Source of the DNA: Cyanidioschyzon merolae
Lineage: Eukaryota
Direction: 5' to 3' (one strand)
Length of the DNA stretch: 64,000 nucleotides
Assembly: GCA_000091205.1 (NCBI GenBank)
Contig: AP006485.2
Shown here: positions 10,866-21,018 of the stretch, piece after piece
Position numbering within the stretch: the stretch's first letter is position 1
Layout of the letters: each line of letters begins with the position of its first letter
Position numbers and translations under genes: made by a program
The notes under the pieces: generated by a model
Database searches by the model: none
Told to the model about the DNA's origin: nothing
Seen by the model: only the letters and a program-made list of their open reading frames with translations

Positions 10866-13800
10866 ATGAGAGGTAATGGCTTGGCTTGGTCTAGGTTGCT
10901 CTGGGGGCTCGTTTGGCTTGGAGTCGTGGTGTTGGCGTTCGCGAACCGAGCCACGGGGCAGCGTTATCCCCAGAGCACGTGGATCCTTGAAGAGCGAAAT
11001 CTACTTACACTGCGTCAGACCACACCACTGGAGCCAGTGCTGGGAAACAGCACTGCTGTACCCAGTGCGCGTGCATCGGTGACGGCGAGCGCGTCGCTCA
11101 ACCCGAACGCAACGCTGCTCTCGGTGCGACCCAGCGTTTCGGAGACGGGAACGCCATCGCCGTCAACAACCACAGCGACTCCAACGAGTACGGTGCTGCC
11201 GTCACCGCTGCCGTCGCCTAGCACAACGGCGACGAGCTCGCCGAGCCCGACGCCCATGGCAAGCAGCGGGCCCGCTGCAACCCCGAGTTTCCCGAGCCCG
11301 TCACCAGATACCGGTGTGGTGAACCTGCTGGCGAACTCGGGCAACGTCAGTCTATCATTGTATGAGAACAGAACGTTTCAGGAGGCGTTCGCACAAACGC
11401 TCGTGTCCAACCTGCAGAGCCAGTGCGTGCGGTGTCAGAACGCTTCAGCTATTCAATTAACCATGTTCAGGTACACATCTGGTTACTTTCGCCTGAATCA
11501 CTCCAACAGCTCCCGAAACAACACCTCGGATACCAGTGGCAATGGAGGCAACGGGCCGGTAACGGCACCGGTGCTGACCAACCGTCGACGCCGCATGCTT
11601 CAAACCTGGCAATGGCTCACTGGGAAGCGCTCGACCTCGCCTCCCGTGCAGAACATCGCTGGGTCTGTCGTTGGACGTGCCAGCAGCACCGCTGGATCCG
11701 GCACAAGCGACGGAACCGATGTTGCAGTGGCGTTGCAGGTGGCGGCGGACCCAGCGGATATACCCACGGTTGAGAATCGAACCTCGTCGGGGCTCCTGAC
11801 GGCGGTGCTCGCTACCAGTTCGAATATCACCAATGCCTCGATGCAGGTCGTCGCTCGCACCGCAGCGTTCGGTGAGGGTGCCGAGGACCCGTTCAAGGGC
11901 TCCGGGCTCGGTAGCGTCCACAGCGGGGCGGTGTCCACAGGTGCCATTGTGGGTGCAGTGATCGGCTCTGTGGCTGGCGTCCTGCTGGCGATGATCTTCG
12001 CCTTCATGCTTTGGAGACGGTGCCGACGCCAAGCGGCGAAGCAAGAGGCACTCCGCACCAAGGAGGCTGCCGAGGCAGCTGCCCGCAAGTATCGCGAGCA
12101 ACAGTCCGCTATGGCTGCTGCTGCCGCCGCTGCACAGCGCCTCTCGAGCGGCTCTGGTCGACCGATTCCACCAACATTACCGCAAGACCAGTCCGCTGGT
12201 GGAGACGCCGCATCACGTGCTCGCTATGCTGGCGTTGTGACGCTGCGGGAGCTCGCTCGAACGCGTATTCTCCAAGGCATGATGCGCATCGTGCAAGCTG
12301 CCGAGGCGGAGTCGAACGCTGCGTCTGCCGCACTCATTCGTAGCGATAACCAACGCAAACTGGTATTTTTGATCGTTGCAGATCGACGTGCGCTAGCGGT
12401 ATTGTCGGCAGCGTGTCGCTTGACAGACCTCATCCAAGAGGGTGCCTTCGTGGTGGAGTCGCTCGAGAGTGAGCGTGAGCCATTGCCGCGCATGTCGGCG
12501 GTGTATTTTGTAGCGCCGGAGCTAGCTTCATTCGATCGCCTTGTTGCCGACTTCCCGGATACGCAAACCGCAGCACATCCATCAGACGGGGCCGGTCAGC
12601 GCCTCGCTGACGCTGGTCCAGGGACGAGCGTCAGCCGCACGGCGCCAAGGAGCGCTGGGTCCGGCCCCGAGAGCGGCGCTGCGGGGCGTCTGGCGGCGAG
12701 TCCCGCGAACGCGCGTACACCACGGGCTCGCTGGGGTTCGGGCGCTGCACCCGGGCCACCCGGCGCTACCACGACAGCTTCGGGGCCACGCTATCGAGCG
12801 GCACATGTGTTCACCACGGCTCGCGTGCCAGATGCGCTGTTGGACCTTCTGCGGCAGTCGTCGTGTCTGGTCCAGCGGCTCTTGACGTTTACGGAGCTCA
12901 ACCTGGACTTTATGGCTATCGAGGAGCGCATCTTCTCCCTGGACTATCCGAATGCACTGGAGATGCTATTCGCCCCGGGCAGTGCCGCAGGTCACGATGA
13001 TGATCATGATGGTGCTGCGCTTCCAGGCTGGGCATCTGCCTGGGATGCACGCCCAGCAGCGTTGCAGCCGCCCCCAGGCGCCTGTTCGGATATGGTCCAG
13101 CGTATTGCCCAGAACCTGCTGACGCTCTGCCACCTTCTGGGCGAGGTGCCAACGATTCGCTACCAACGAAGCGAAAGCGGCGTTGCGCAGAGCATCGCTG
13201 AGGCGCTCCTCGACGCCATCCGAGACTACGAGGCCAATGTACCCGGCGGGATGCGTGGTGCGCAGCTGGAAGCGGCTGCCGTCGAGCAGAACGCCAGCAC
13301 CGCAGCAGCTCCCAGCGAGGACAAGTCCTCTGCTGGTACCAGCACCAATACCATGCTGCTGATTCTGGACCGTTCTGTGGATATGGTGGCTCCCTTTCTC
13401 CACGAATATACGTACCAGGCGATGTGCAACGATCTGCTAGCAGCGGATGCGCTGGATAGCGGCACCACGCGCTATACCTACGTGGTGCGTGAAGGCGACT
13501 CCACCGCCAGCACCACCCGGGAAGCCTTTCTGGACGAGTACGCTGACCAGACCTGGGCCCGTCTTCGTCATCTGCATATCGCGGACGCTATCAGCGAGAT
13601 CAGCGAGGAGCTGCAGGGAACTACAGTGCGTTCATTGGGCGCCGCGCTGCAGGGCGCCTCCGCTGCTCGAAACGCGCCCCCGGAGAGCACTGCCATGCCC
13701 TATGAACAGATGCAGAAACTGAGCAAATACGCGGTGCACATGGATATCCTAGATTGTCTGATGCATCGTTTCAATGATCGGTATCTTCAGCGTACCTCGC

Positions 13801-14933
13801 TTTGTGAACAGGATCTCGCGTGTGGTCTAGTGGATTGTCACGGGAACCTGCTCTCGTCGACAGAGGCAGCACAGCGGATTTCGTTGATCCTCCAGGATGC
13901 GCATGTGCCGCTGGAGGACAAGGTGCGCTTGTTGGCAATCGTGCTGGTCACCATGGATATGAGTGCACGTGATGTCGACGATCTCCTGGAGACCATGGAG
14001 GATGTGGGTCTAGGGCGAGAACTCGTGTCGGCGTTGCTACGTGCACGCCTGGGTGTGCATCTCGCCAAGGAGCCTGGTGAGTGCCAAGCGCTTGCGGAGC
14101 GTGCGCTGCGCTACTTTCGCGCAAGTCGTGGCGAATCCTACGATCTATCTCGCTATGTTCCGTTCCTGCGGGAAATCCTTGAAGCTATTGCGCGTGATCG
14201 TCTCTCGCGGAGTCGGTTTCCGATCCTCTTCAGTGCAGAGCGGGAGTCGGCAGGTCGCCAGCCCCCAGACGACGCGTTGACGCGAGGCCGCTCACGCTCG
14301 CTCTCGCGGGAGCGAGACGTTGCCGGTCGGGTACCTACGCGGAACCGCGCAGCCTCGGTACGCAGACGACGCTCATCATCGGTCGTGCGTCGTCGCTCTG
14401 ACTCTGCCGATGACCTGGAGCGCGGTTCAGGGCGAGAGCTCTCCAGTGCCAGCGAAGACGAAGCCGCTACCCTGAATGGAACCGAGCGGATTAGTGATAG
14501 CAAACGACCTCGTCGACGGGTGGTCGTCTTTATTGCTGGTGGCATGTGCGCGTCTGAGATGCGAGTTAGCTACGAGGTATCGGCGGAGTTGCCGCTGAAT
14601 GTGTACCTTGGAGCGACGCATGTGTTGACGCCTACTCGGATGCTTGAGGCACTGCGAGGCCTGAATCGCACGCTGTACGCTGGCGAGATGCAACGAGAAC
14701 GTCGACCAGTGAGTGCTTCAGAGCAGCGTCGTGGTGCACGTTCGACACCTGCGGTATGGCCACCACCGGGCGAGCCGAGTACCAGCGGCAACCTGCGACT
14801 GGGTACCGGGCTTGCCTCTGAAGCTGCCACCGCGTTTGATAGTGCCGCAACTCCTTATCCCTCGAATGACGGCTTTGCACCGCGCAGGCGTCGTTCAAGT
14901 AGTCTTTCGCGCTTTTTCAGCCGTCGGTCATAG
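10866..14933 (+). CDS. Composite ORF. N-terminal ~410 aa has a signal peptide, Ser/Thr/Pro-rich mucin-like region, one TM helix and a short basic tail. It runs in frame into a Sec1/Munc18-family domain (~12240-14700). This is either a true fusion or two genes missing an intervening stop.
   Basis: Signal peptide MRGNGLAWSRLLWGLVWLGVVVLAFA. ATPTSTVLPSPLPSPSTTATSSPSPTP repeats with many N-x-S/T sites. TM helix GAIVGAVIGSVAGVLLAMIFAFMLW followed by RRCRR. Sec1/Munc18 signatures RKLVFLIVADRRALAVLSAACRLTDLIQEGAFVVESL, MSAVYFVAPE, LILDRSVDMVAPFLHEYTYQAMCNDLL, and C-terminal RRVVVFIAGGMCASEMRVSYEV...VYLGATHVLTPTRMLEAL. The start is ATG. Confidence 0.6.
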   Translation: MRGNGLAWSRLLWGLVWLGVVVLAFANRATGQRYPQSTWILEERNLLTLRQTTPLEPVLGNSTAVPSARASVTASASLNPNATLLSVRPSVSETGTPSPSTTTATPTSTVLPSPLPSPSTTATSSPSPTPMASSGPAATPSFPSPSPDTGVVNLLANSGNVSLSLYENRTFQEAFAQTLVSNLQSQCVRCQNASAIQLTMFRYTSGYFRLNHSNSSRNNTSDTSGNGGNGPVTAPVLTNRRRRMLQTWQWLTGKRSTSPPVQNIAGSVVGRASSTAGSGTSDGTDVAVALQVAADPADIPTVENRTSSGLLTAVLATSSNITNASMQVVARTAAFGEGAEDPFKGSGLGSVHSGAVSTGAIVGAVIGSVAGVLLAMIFAFMLWRRCRRQAAKQEALRTKEAAEAAARKYREQQSAMAAAAAAAQRLSSGSGRPIPPTLPQDQSAGGDAASRARYAGVVTLRELARTRILQGMMRIVQAAEAESNAASAALIRSDNQRKLVFLIVADRRALAVLSAACRLTDLIQEGAFVVESLESEREPLPRMSAVYFVAPELASFDRLVADFPDTQTAAHPSDGAGQRLADAGPGTSVSRTAPRSAGSGPESGAAGRLAASPANARTPRARWGSGAAPGPPGATTTASGPRYRAAHVFTTARVPDALLDLLRQSSCLVQRLLTFTELNLDFMAIEERIFSLDYPNALEMLFAPGSAAGHDDDHDGAALPGWASAWDARPAALQPPPGACSDMVQRIAQNLLTLCHLLGEVPTIRYQRSESGVAQSIAEALLDAIRDYEANVPGGMRGAQLEAAAVEQNASTAAAPSEDKSSAGTSTNTMLLILDRSVDMVAPFLHEYTYQAMCNDLLAADALDSGTTRYTYVVREGDSTASTTREAFLDEYADQTWARLRHLHIADAISEISEELQGTTVRSLGAALQGASAARNAPPESTAMPYEQMQKLSKYAVHMDILDCLMHRFNDRYLQRTSLCEQDLACGLVDCHGNLLSSTEAAQRISLILQDAHVPLEDKVRLLAIVLVTMDMSARDVDDLLETMEDVGLGRELVSALLRARLGVHLAKEPGECQALAERALRYFRASRGESYDLSRYVPFLREILEAIARDRLSRSRFPILFSAERESAGRQPPDDALTRGRSRSLSRERDVAGRVPTRNRAASVRRRRSSSVVRRRSDSADDLERGSGRELSSASEDEAATLNGTERISDSKRPRRRVVVFIAGGMCASEMRVSYEVSAELPLNVYLGATHVLTPTRMLEALRGLNRTLYAGEMQRERRPVSASEQRRGARSTPAVWPPPGEPSTSGNLRLGTGLASEAATAFDSAATPYPSNDGFAPRRRRSSSLSRFFSRRS

Positions 14934-15926
14934 AGCGATCCAGAACGCAGTGTGTGATAGGGAGCCGGGCGTTGCACCAGGTGTCGCTGACGTGGCATCG
15001 CAGCGTCTGGGACGCGCCTGGCGTGCGACTCAAGCATCGTCGCTGGGAAACGAGTCCTCAACGGGTTCTAGCAACGTTCACTGCTTTCTGCGGTCTCGAG
15101 CCGCCATGCAACGTCTCCTCAGCGCGATGCAATCCAAGCTGGTGCTGGTGCTGGTGCTGGTGTGTCGCGAGGTGCAGGCACCGCGCAGGCCGGTTGCCTT
15201 GGTAGTTGCCTGCCGCTCTTCAAGACGCAATCAGTTGCAAAAGGCGGAAGCGGGTATCAGATCTGGTGCAACCACTGGTTTTAAACGGGTAGGTTGTCGT
15301 TCGTGCACTCGTTGGCGGGTGCTGCATCCTCAGGTGTCTCGCCGATGGCGACGTGCAGCAATAGGATATACGATTTCGTTTCGGAAACAGCCATTTTGGA
15401 TATTGAGAACAGCGACGCGCGGTACCGACCAGAAAAATCGCGTTCTCGCACCGACCTGGTAAGGCGTTTCACTGGTCATCCGTAGAGCATCGTAAACGGT
15501 CTAGTGCGTCCGTCGGCAAGCGTACAAAAGCATCCATATGAATGGATGCAACCAGACATAGAGACGAGCACGTTTGATTACAAACGTAAGTATATCCATG
15601 AGTGCAGGCGCGCGTCTACTCCTGACGAGTCCAGCGCACTCTTGACCATCGTCGGTGCGAAAGCAGCCACCAAGCGCCTGGTACCGTTCAAACTAAGGCG
15701 TATTGCGAGCGCACGATGTTCGGCGACAAGCCTCCCAGCGAGCACTGGAACGCATTCAAAGACGTCTTGCATCGTCGCAGAATGTGTCGAATAATCACCC
15801 AGCAAAAGCGAAGCGACGAGGCGGTGACTTGGATCGGTAACGCAAGCTCGGACGTGCTCGCTATACAGAATCGCATGCTGAGCATCTCACTGGTACGCGA
15901 GACAAGTGCGCAAACCTCATGGAGCG

Positions 15927-17753
15927 CTACGACGACGCCGCATCCAGGTCGCTGACGTTCTGAACGACCTGGAGTCGGCGTTCCAGTATCCGCCGCATTG
16001 GGCTTTCGTGTAAACGATCATGTGGACACTGATCCGACATGCAACGAAAGGTTATTTCCGGTGAAACAAAGCGTAAATTGCTCACCCGACTAGTGTACAG
16101 GCAAGCGTATTGCTCGACCTGCTCTGCAAACCTACTATTCTGATACCCGGTTTTGAAGAGTTGCCCCCATACTGGATGAAATCGCCGGTGATAGCGTTCT
16201 GTCTCTGCTGCGAGCGCCGCCTTGACCTCTCGGAGTTCTGTCTCGGCGGTTTCCACGCTCTGTCGAAGCGCTTCAATTCGCTGCCTTCGGGATGGATCCG
16301 CGTGTGGGTCCGCTTCGTGCTCGGAGCGCTCGTACTCGCAGTGAAGTTCCCATTCGGCACGGTCAATCATCTCATCGAGTTCGTCACGAAGTAGACGCAT
16401 ATCCCGCAGACGTTGGCGGTCCACCTCCGAGCGCAGCATTTCGTTGATTTCATCTGTTAGTTCGGGAATAATGAGCATGGTGCGCCAGCCCAGCTGGCGC
16501 TTGGAGCGTAAAATATCACTGAACATGTGATCACCCACGTACAGAACCTCGCTTCCGGAGTTCAAAGAGAGTATTTCCTGGAGGTGTGTGTAATTCCCGC
16601 CCTGCAGCACCTTACCCTCACGGAGAAACGCCTCGGCGTTGCCATCAATAACACCTTCAGTGTTGCTCAGGTAGCCTTCCTTGGATCTGGGATCGACTCG
16701 GTACATCCAAAGCCTCGGGTCCGTAAGGAAGGCAGGTTTGTTCGCGCCCACAATGACGACATCGAACAAATCCAACCAGTCCAGCTCGAGCAAACCAGGA
16801 GGATTCCCCATGAGGAAGTTCATCACCACATTCGTGTATTCCCAGAGCGAGTTCGTTAGGAGAAAGGTTTTGCGTCCAGAGCGTTTCAGTCGCTTCAACG
16901 TCGGGATCAAATGCGGGTCGTACTCGATGTATTTGGCGGGCTCCTCAGCGACGCGTCGCTTTATGGTGCCGTCTCGATGACACAGGTCGACTGCCCGACG
17001 CACATCACGATAGATTTGTTCATATGGTTTCTCGATGAGGTTCGGATACTGATCCTTAAACTCCACGAGCTTGCTGAAGAGGAACGCATCTGGCAGCGAG
17101 AAGAGCGTATCGACGACAGCAAAGTCCGGTTCGTTGAAGGCAGCCCAGTTGACCGCCGCCGGGTTATAGAGCGCATCCCGCTCTTGTTTGGATAGACGCT
17201 GGAAACCGTGAAATGCCAATTTGACGTACTTGTGGCGATCCATCTTGAGAATGTTGCCACGCTTTTTGTCGATGACAAGCCCCCGGATGTATGCCTGGGG
17301 ATCGTATGGTCGCAACTCGTCCAGAATCTCCCTCGGGTAACCAGCGTGAACAAGGCGGCGCAGGGCTCCCTCATAGGCGAGCGTCTCGAAGGTGTCCGCT
17401 TTGTAGTGCGCGAGCGTGTAGTCCATGTCGAAGCCGATAGCCTTTATGGAGCGCATCTTCAGAGAACGGTTACAGAATATTTCTCCCAGATAGTGCTGCT
17501 CATTTAAATGGGGAACAGCACTCCCGTCAGAGCCGTCACTGACCCTGTCATTGGACGGGGAACTGCGTCGCTTCTTGCTGCGCGCGACGACGGGCCTGTT
17601 CTGGGCCAGGTACCAAGTGGGTACGGGTGACCGTGCGCGCGGCGGCCGCGCTCCCACGACGACTGCTCCATGCCAACGATGTGCCCAGGTCCGATAGCTC
17701 CACCCAAACCAAGCACTCCTATTGCAGGATGCCCACGCTGTCTCGAGCAACAT
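15927..17753 (-). CDS. Cytosolic purine 5'-nucleotidase (NT5C2-like, HAD superfamily).
   Basis: NRSLKMRSIKAIGFDMDYTLAHYK (HAD DxDx(T) motif and the NT5C2 N-terminal signature). The rest of the ORF matches the 5'-nucleotidase family (…FLLTNSLWEYTNVVMNFL…VLYVGDHMFSDIL…). The ~100-aa N-terminal extension may or may not be translated. Confidence 0.75.
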   Translation of the reverse strand: MLLETAWASCNRSAWFGWSYRTWAHRWHGAVVVGARPPRARSPVPTWYLAQNRPVVARSKKRRSSPSNDRVSDGSDGSAVPHLNEQHYLGEIFCNRSLKMRSIKAIGFDMDYTLAHYKADTFETLAYEGALRRLVHAGYPREILDELRPYDPQAYIRGLVIDKKRGNILKMDRHKYVKLAFHGFQRLSKQERDALYNPAAVNWAAFNEPDFAVVDTLFSLPDAFLFSKLVEFKDQYPNLIEKPYEQIYRDVRRAVDLCHRDGTIKRRVAEEPAKYIEYDPHLIPTLKRLKRSGRKTFLLTNSLWEYTNVVMNFLMGNPPGLLELDWLDLFDVVIVGANKPAFLTDPRLWMYRVDPRSKEGYLSNTEGVIDGNAEAFLREGKVLQGGNYTHLQEILSLNSGSEVLYVGDHMFSDILRSKRQLGWRTMLIIPELTDEINEMLRSEVDRQRLRDMRLLRDELDEMIDRAEWELHCEYERSEHEADPHADPSRRQRIEALRQSVETAETELREVKAALAAETERYHRRFHPVWGQLFKTGYQNSRFAEQVEQYACLYTSRVSNLRFVSPEITFRCMSDQCPHDRLHESPMRRILERRLQVVQNVSDLDAASS

Positions 17754-18846
17754 GGAGCGCGCAGAACCCTATCGGTCGCTGAAGCGTAGCGGTACGGGAG
17801 CAGCTCACGAAACGCGCGCCGCAGCTGAGGGCGCACATTCGATTCGAGATTCGGCAAATAAAACAGTATAAAATTGTCATTAATGGGATGAAAGGTGTCC
17901 ACTGCTGGGATGATAGCTGTGAGGCAGACAGTGAGCGCTGCTTTGTAGCACGATACCAGTGCAGCGATAGTGAAGTCGCTGAAGCGTCAAACCCGCCGCT
18001 AGACCGAGGATAACGCGGTCAAGACTCGCGAGTATTGGGAAGATCGGTTTTGTACGGGGCTCCTCGGGCGCGATGCGCTCGTTCCAGCATAGCGGCAATG
18101 GGTTACAGCCTGCGTGACGTGCGTGACATTCTGCTCCGGGCTACTCGGCAGTGCGTCCGTTGTGCGCACTGGTACCAGTATGAAAGCGGAGTCGCGGACT
18201 GCGACTGTTAAGCGTGGGTGCACGATACCATCATCGGTGTCGGAAAGCTAATGTGTCTTTGTCTGGTGTTCGCAACGTGGTGCATCTGTACGCAGCAATG
18301 TCGATGAATAGAATACCATGCTCGATCAGTATTTACTTGGGAACGTTGCCCCGGGGGTACATAGATCGCCGTGCAGCCTTTCTGGATTACTGAATGATAC
18401 CACGCGAGTGTCTGGCTCAACACGTAATTCGAGTGCCATTTATCCTGGACAGTGAATTTGTTTCTCCGCAAGTCTCGCGCGTTTCCGAGCGATACGCGGA
18501 GTGAATTACGAACATTGAACTCGAAGCATCGCTCGATACGAAGCCGCTGGACGCTCACCAGACCCGACACATTTTCGTATTCTGATTGATGCAGTCAGGT
18601 GTCGATGCGGAAAAGATTTGCGCGCATGGTTGCTGGCGGAATCACTCCAGGATCGGTTTCAGACCTGCGACTACCACGCCATCTCAGGTTCGAACAGCTT
18701 ACCGTATACCATATCCGTGTATGCGCCTCTGTTTCATGCGCTCCCCGACCGTTTTCAGCGCAACCCGTGCTTGTGATGCATGTATTTCGTCCTGAACGCA
18801 TCGATGGGAATCCAGCAACTTCGATCGCTCCACTTGCTGTACGCTA

Positions 18847-21018
18847 ATGTCGACGGGGCACGCGTGCAGCCGCTCCACCACCAATTTCACGAACGTAGTG
18901 TCACGCCGACGCCGCCGCCGACGCTGCTGCACAGCCGTAAACACCAGCCGCTGCGCGTGCCGATCGCATCCCAGGACGCCACCGTTATTCAGAACGTTTT
19001 CGCAACGTACAAACGCAACTTCCATGTACGAACTGTGTCAACCAACGGGGACTGCTGGATACCCTTATTTTCTCTTTGGATCGCAACAGGATCAGCGTCT
19101 CAACTACAGATCGGTTATTGTGCACCGCGCTGGACTAGCTCAAGAGACGGCTGGCGATGGCGGCGTCAGCACGAGCAGCAGCGCTGAAACCGGGAACAGC
19201 GTCAGCGCTTTGGCGTCAGCAGCCGCAGGGCGTCGTGTCAAGTTTCGGGAGCTGCGTCGAACGAAAATCGTATGTACTATAGGGCCTCCGACGGCCTCTT
19301 ATGAGATGATCAAGGCTCTTGCAGACGCTGGAATGGACGTTGCTCGCTTGAACTTCAGTCACGGGACGTACGAGTTCCACAAGAAAGTATCGGACGCCGT
19401 CGATCGCGTCAATGAGGAGCGTTTTGAGAAAGCTCGTCGAAGGTGGACGTCGCACGACGAGGCACGTGAGCAGTTGACAGACTCCGCCAAATCGGTGGCG
19501 GTGTCTGACGCCGGTCCCCTGCGTACCGAGAGCACGTCAAGCTCCACTGACTCGCTGAATAGTGTGTCGGGCCTCGAGTACAGAAATGACGCTAAGAGCG
19601 CTCTGTATGTGCGCATTGGGAAAATGATGGACTCAAAAGGTGCGGAAGTGCGCAGCGGGGAGATCAACCGAGCGGAGGAGATTGCGAAGCGAATGGTGGA
19701 GCACGGCTTGGTGACCTCCGATCAGGTAACAGAACTCGTGAGCCAAAACACCATGTTAATGCCGGCAGGAAGCTCGCTCGTTCTGCGTTGTACGCATGAG
19801 GCATTTGAGAAGCAGCCGGAACCTCTTGAGGGTGTCGCGGTGAAAGGCTCCGTTTTACCTTTTGCGCCAGTAGTCGGTGTCAGCTATGCGGGATTCTTCG
19901 AGGACACAGCCGAAGGCGATTGTATTCTTGTTGATGGCGGTCTCTTGGAGTTACAGCTGGAGCGCAAGGACGCTGACAAACGGGATCTCATCTGCCGCGT
20001 GTTGGACGGTGGCGAGCTCTCGCCCCGTCGCCATTTGAACATTCGCGGAAAGACGGCGTCGTTGCCCTCGGTTACCGAATCCGATTGGAAGGATATCGAG
20101 TTCGCTGTGAAGGAACTCAACGTGGACTTTATCGCCTTGTCGTTTGTGAATGACGCTGAAACCGTTCACATGGTGCGAGAATTTGTCACGAAACTTGGCT
20201 CGCGGGCGGCGATCATCAGCAAGATCGAGAGCATGAAGGGTGTGCTGAACCTCCCCGCAATCATCGAGGCAAGCGACGGGGTTATGGTGGCGCGTGGCGA
20301 CCTCGGTAGCGAGCTGCCCCTGGAAGAGGTGCCTATCGTCCAGTCCTTCATGGTGCGTCTTTGTCGAGCGGCAGGCAAAGTGGTCATTACGGCCACGGAG
20401 ATGCTCGAGTCCATGATCGAGAAGCCCATCCCGACGCGGGCGGAGGCCTCGGACGTGGCCCATGCCGTGGAGCAGGGCGCCGATGCACTGATGCTCAGCG
20501 GCGAGACCGCCAAGGGAAAGTATCCGATCAGAGCCTGTGCCACGATGCGCCATATTATCATGCGACAAAACGAGCAGCTCATTGCAGACGAACGTGCTCG
20601 TCAGGGGCTGGATCCGATTGCCGGCTTTGCCGAGTGTTGCCGCGACGTGGAGCGTGTATCCGATGCCATGGCCCGAGCAGCGGTCTCTCTGGCGGAATCG
20701 TTAGACGCGGCCGCGATCATCGTCTTCACACGAACGGGCAACATGCCCAAGCGCCTCTCGAAGCTGCGGTCACGAATACCGATCGTTGCTGCGACTGCAG
20801 TTTCCGATATCCAACCGAAACTCTCGCTCTTGTGGAACGTATTCTGTGTAACCATTGAAGTGCAGGATACGTTTGAAGCAACGTTCCAACGCTTCAAAGA
20901 GGAAGTTTTGGCGGAGAACTTTTTACGAAAAGGTGATACGGTTGTGGTGGTACAGAGTGGCATGCGTGGTATCTGGCGAGAACAGGGCCATCATCTGCTC
21001 CGCTATGTGGTAATGTAA
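18847..21018 (+). CDS. Pyruvate kinase with a ~140-aa N-terminal extension and an enlarged B-domain insert.
   Basis: KIVCTIGPPTASYEMIKALADAGMDVARLNFSHGTYEFH (pyruvate kinase N-terminal A-domain). MVARGDLGSELPLEEVP, ITATEMLESMI, ADALMLSGETAKGKYP and a C-terminal regulatory domain. The start is ATG. Confidence 0.8.
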   Translation: MSTGHACSRSTTNFTNVVSRRRRRRRCCTAVNTSRCACRSHPRTPPLFRTFSQRTNATSMYELCQPTGTAGYPYFLFGSQQDQRLNYRSVIVHRAGLAQETAGDGGVSTSSSAETGNSVSALASAAAGRRVKFRELRRTKIVCTIGPPTASYEMIKALADAGMDVARLNFSHGTYEFHKKVSDAVDRVNEERFEKARRRWTSHDEAREQLTDSAKSVAVSDAGPLRTESTSSSTDSLNSVSGLEYRNDAKSALYVRIGKMMDSKGAEVRSGEINRAEEIAKRMVEHGLVTSDQVTELVSQNTMLMPAGSSLVLRCTHEAFEKQPEPLEGVAVKGSVLPFAPVVGVSYAGFFEDTAEGDCILVDGGLLELQLERKDADKRDLICRVLDGGELSPRRHLNIRGKTASLPSVTESDWKDIEFAVKELNVDFIALSFVNDAETVHMVREFVTKLGSRAAIISKIESMKGVLNLPAIIEASDGVMVARGDLGSELPLEEVPIVQSFMVRLCRAAGKVVITATEMLESMIEKPIPTRAEASDVAHAVEQGADALMLSGETAKGKYPIRACATMRHIIMRQNEQLIADERARQGLDPIAGFAECCRDVERVSDAMARAAVSLAESLDAAAIIVFTRTGNMPKRLSKLRSRIPIVAATAVSDIQPKLSLLWNVFCVTIEVQDTFEATFQRFKEEVLAENFLRKGDTVVVVQSGMRGIWREQGHHLLRYVVM

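Noticed and set aside
14713-15462. 249-aa + ORF downstream of the Sec1/Munc18 gene
   Set aside because: It starts inside the 3' end of the Sec1/Munc18 ORF in another frame, has no recognisable domain and an Arg-rich composition. Treated as spurious.
18680-18700. tRNA-like GGTTCGAA motif (also a reverse-complement instance near 22598)
   Set aside because: The flanking sequence does not form T-stem or acceptor-stem complementarity. No cloverleaf could be drawn by eye, so no tRNA is called.
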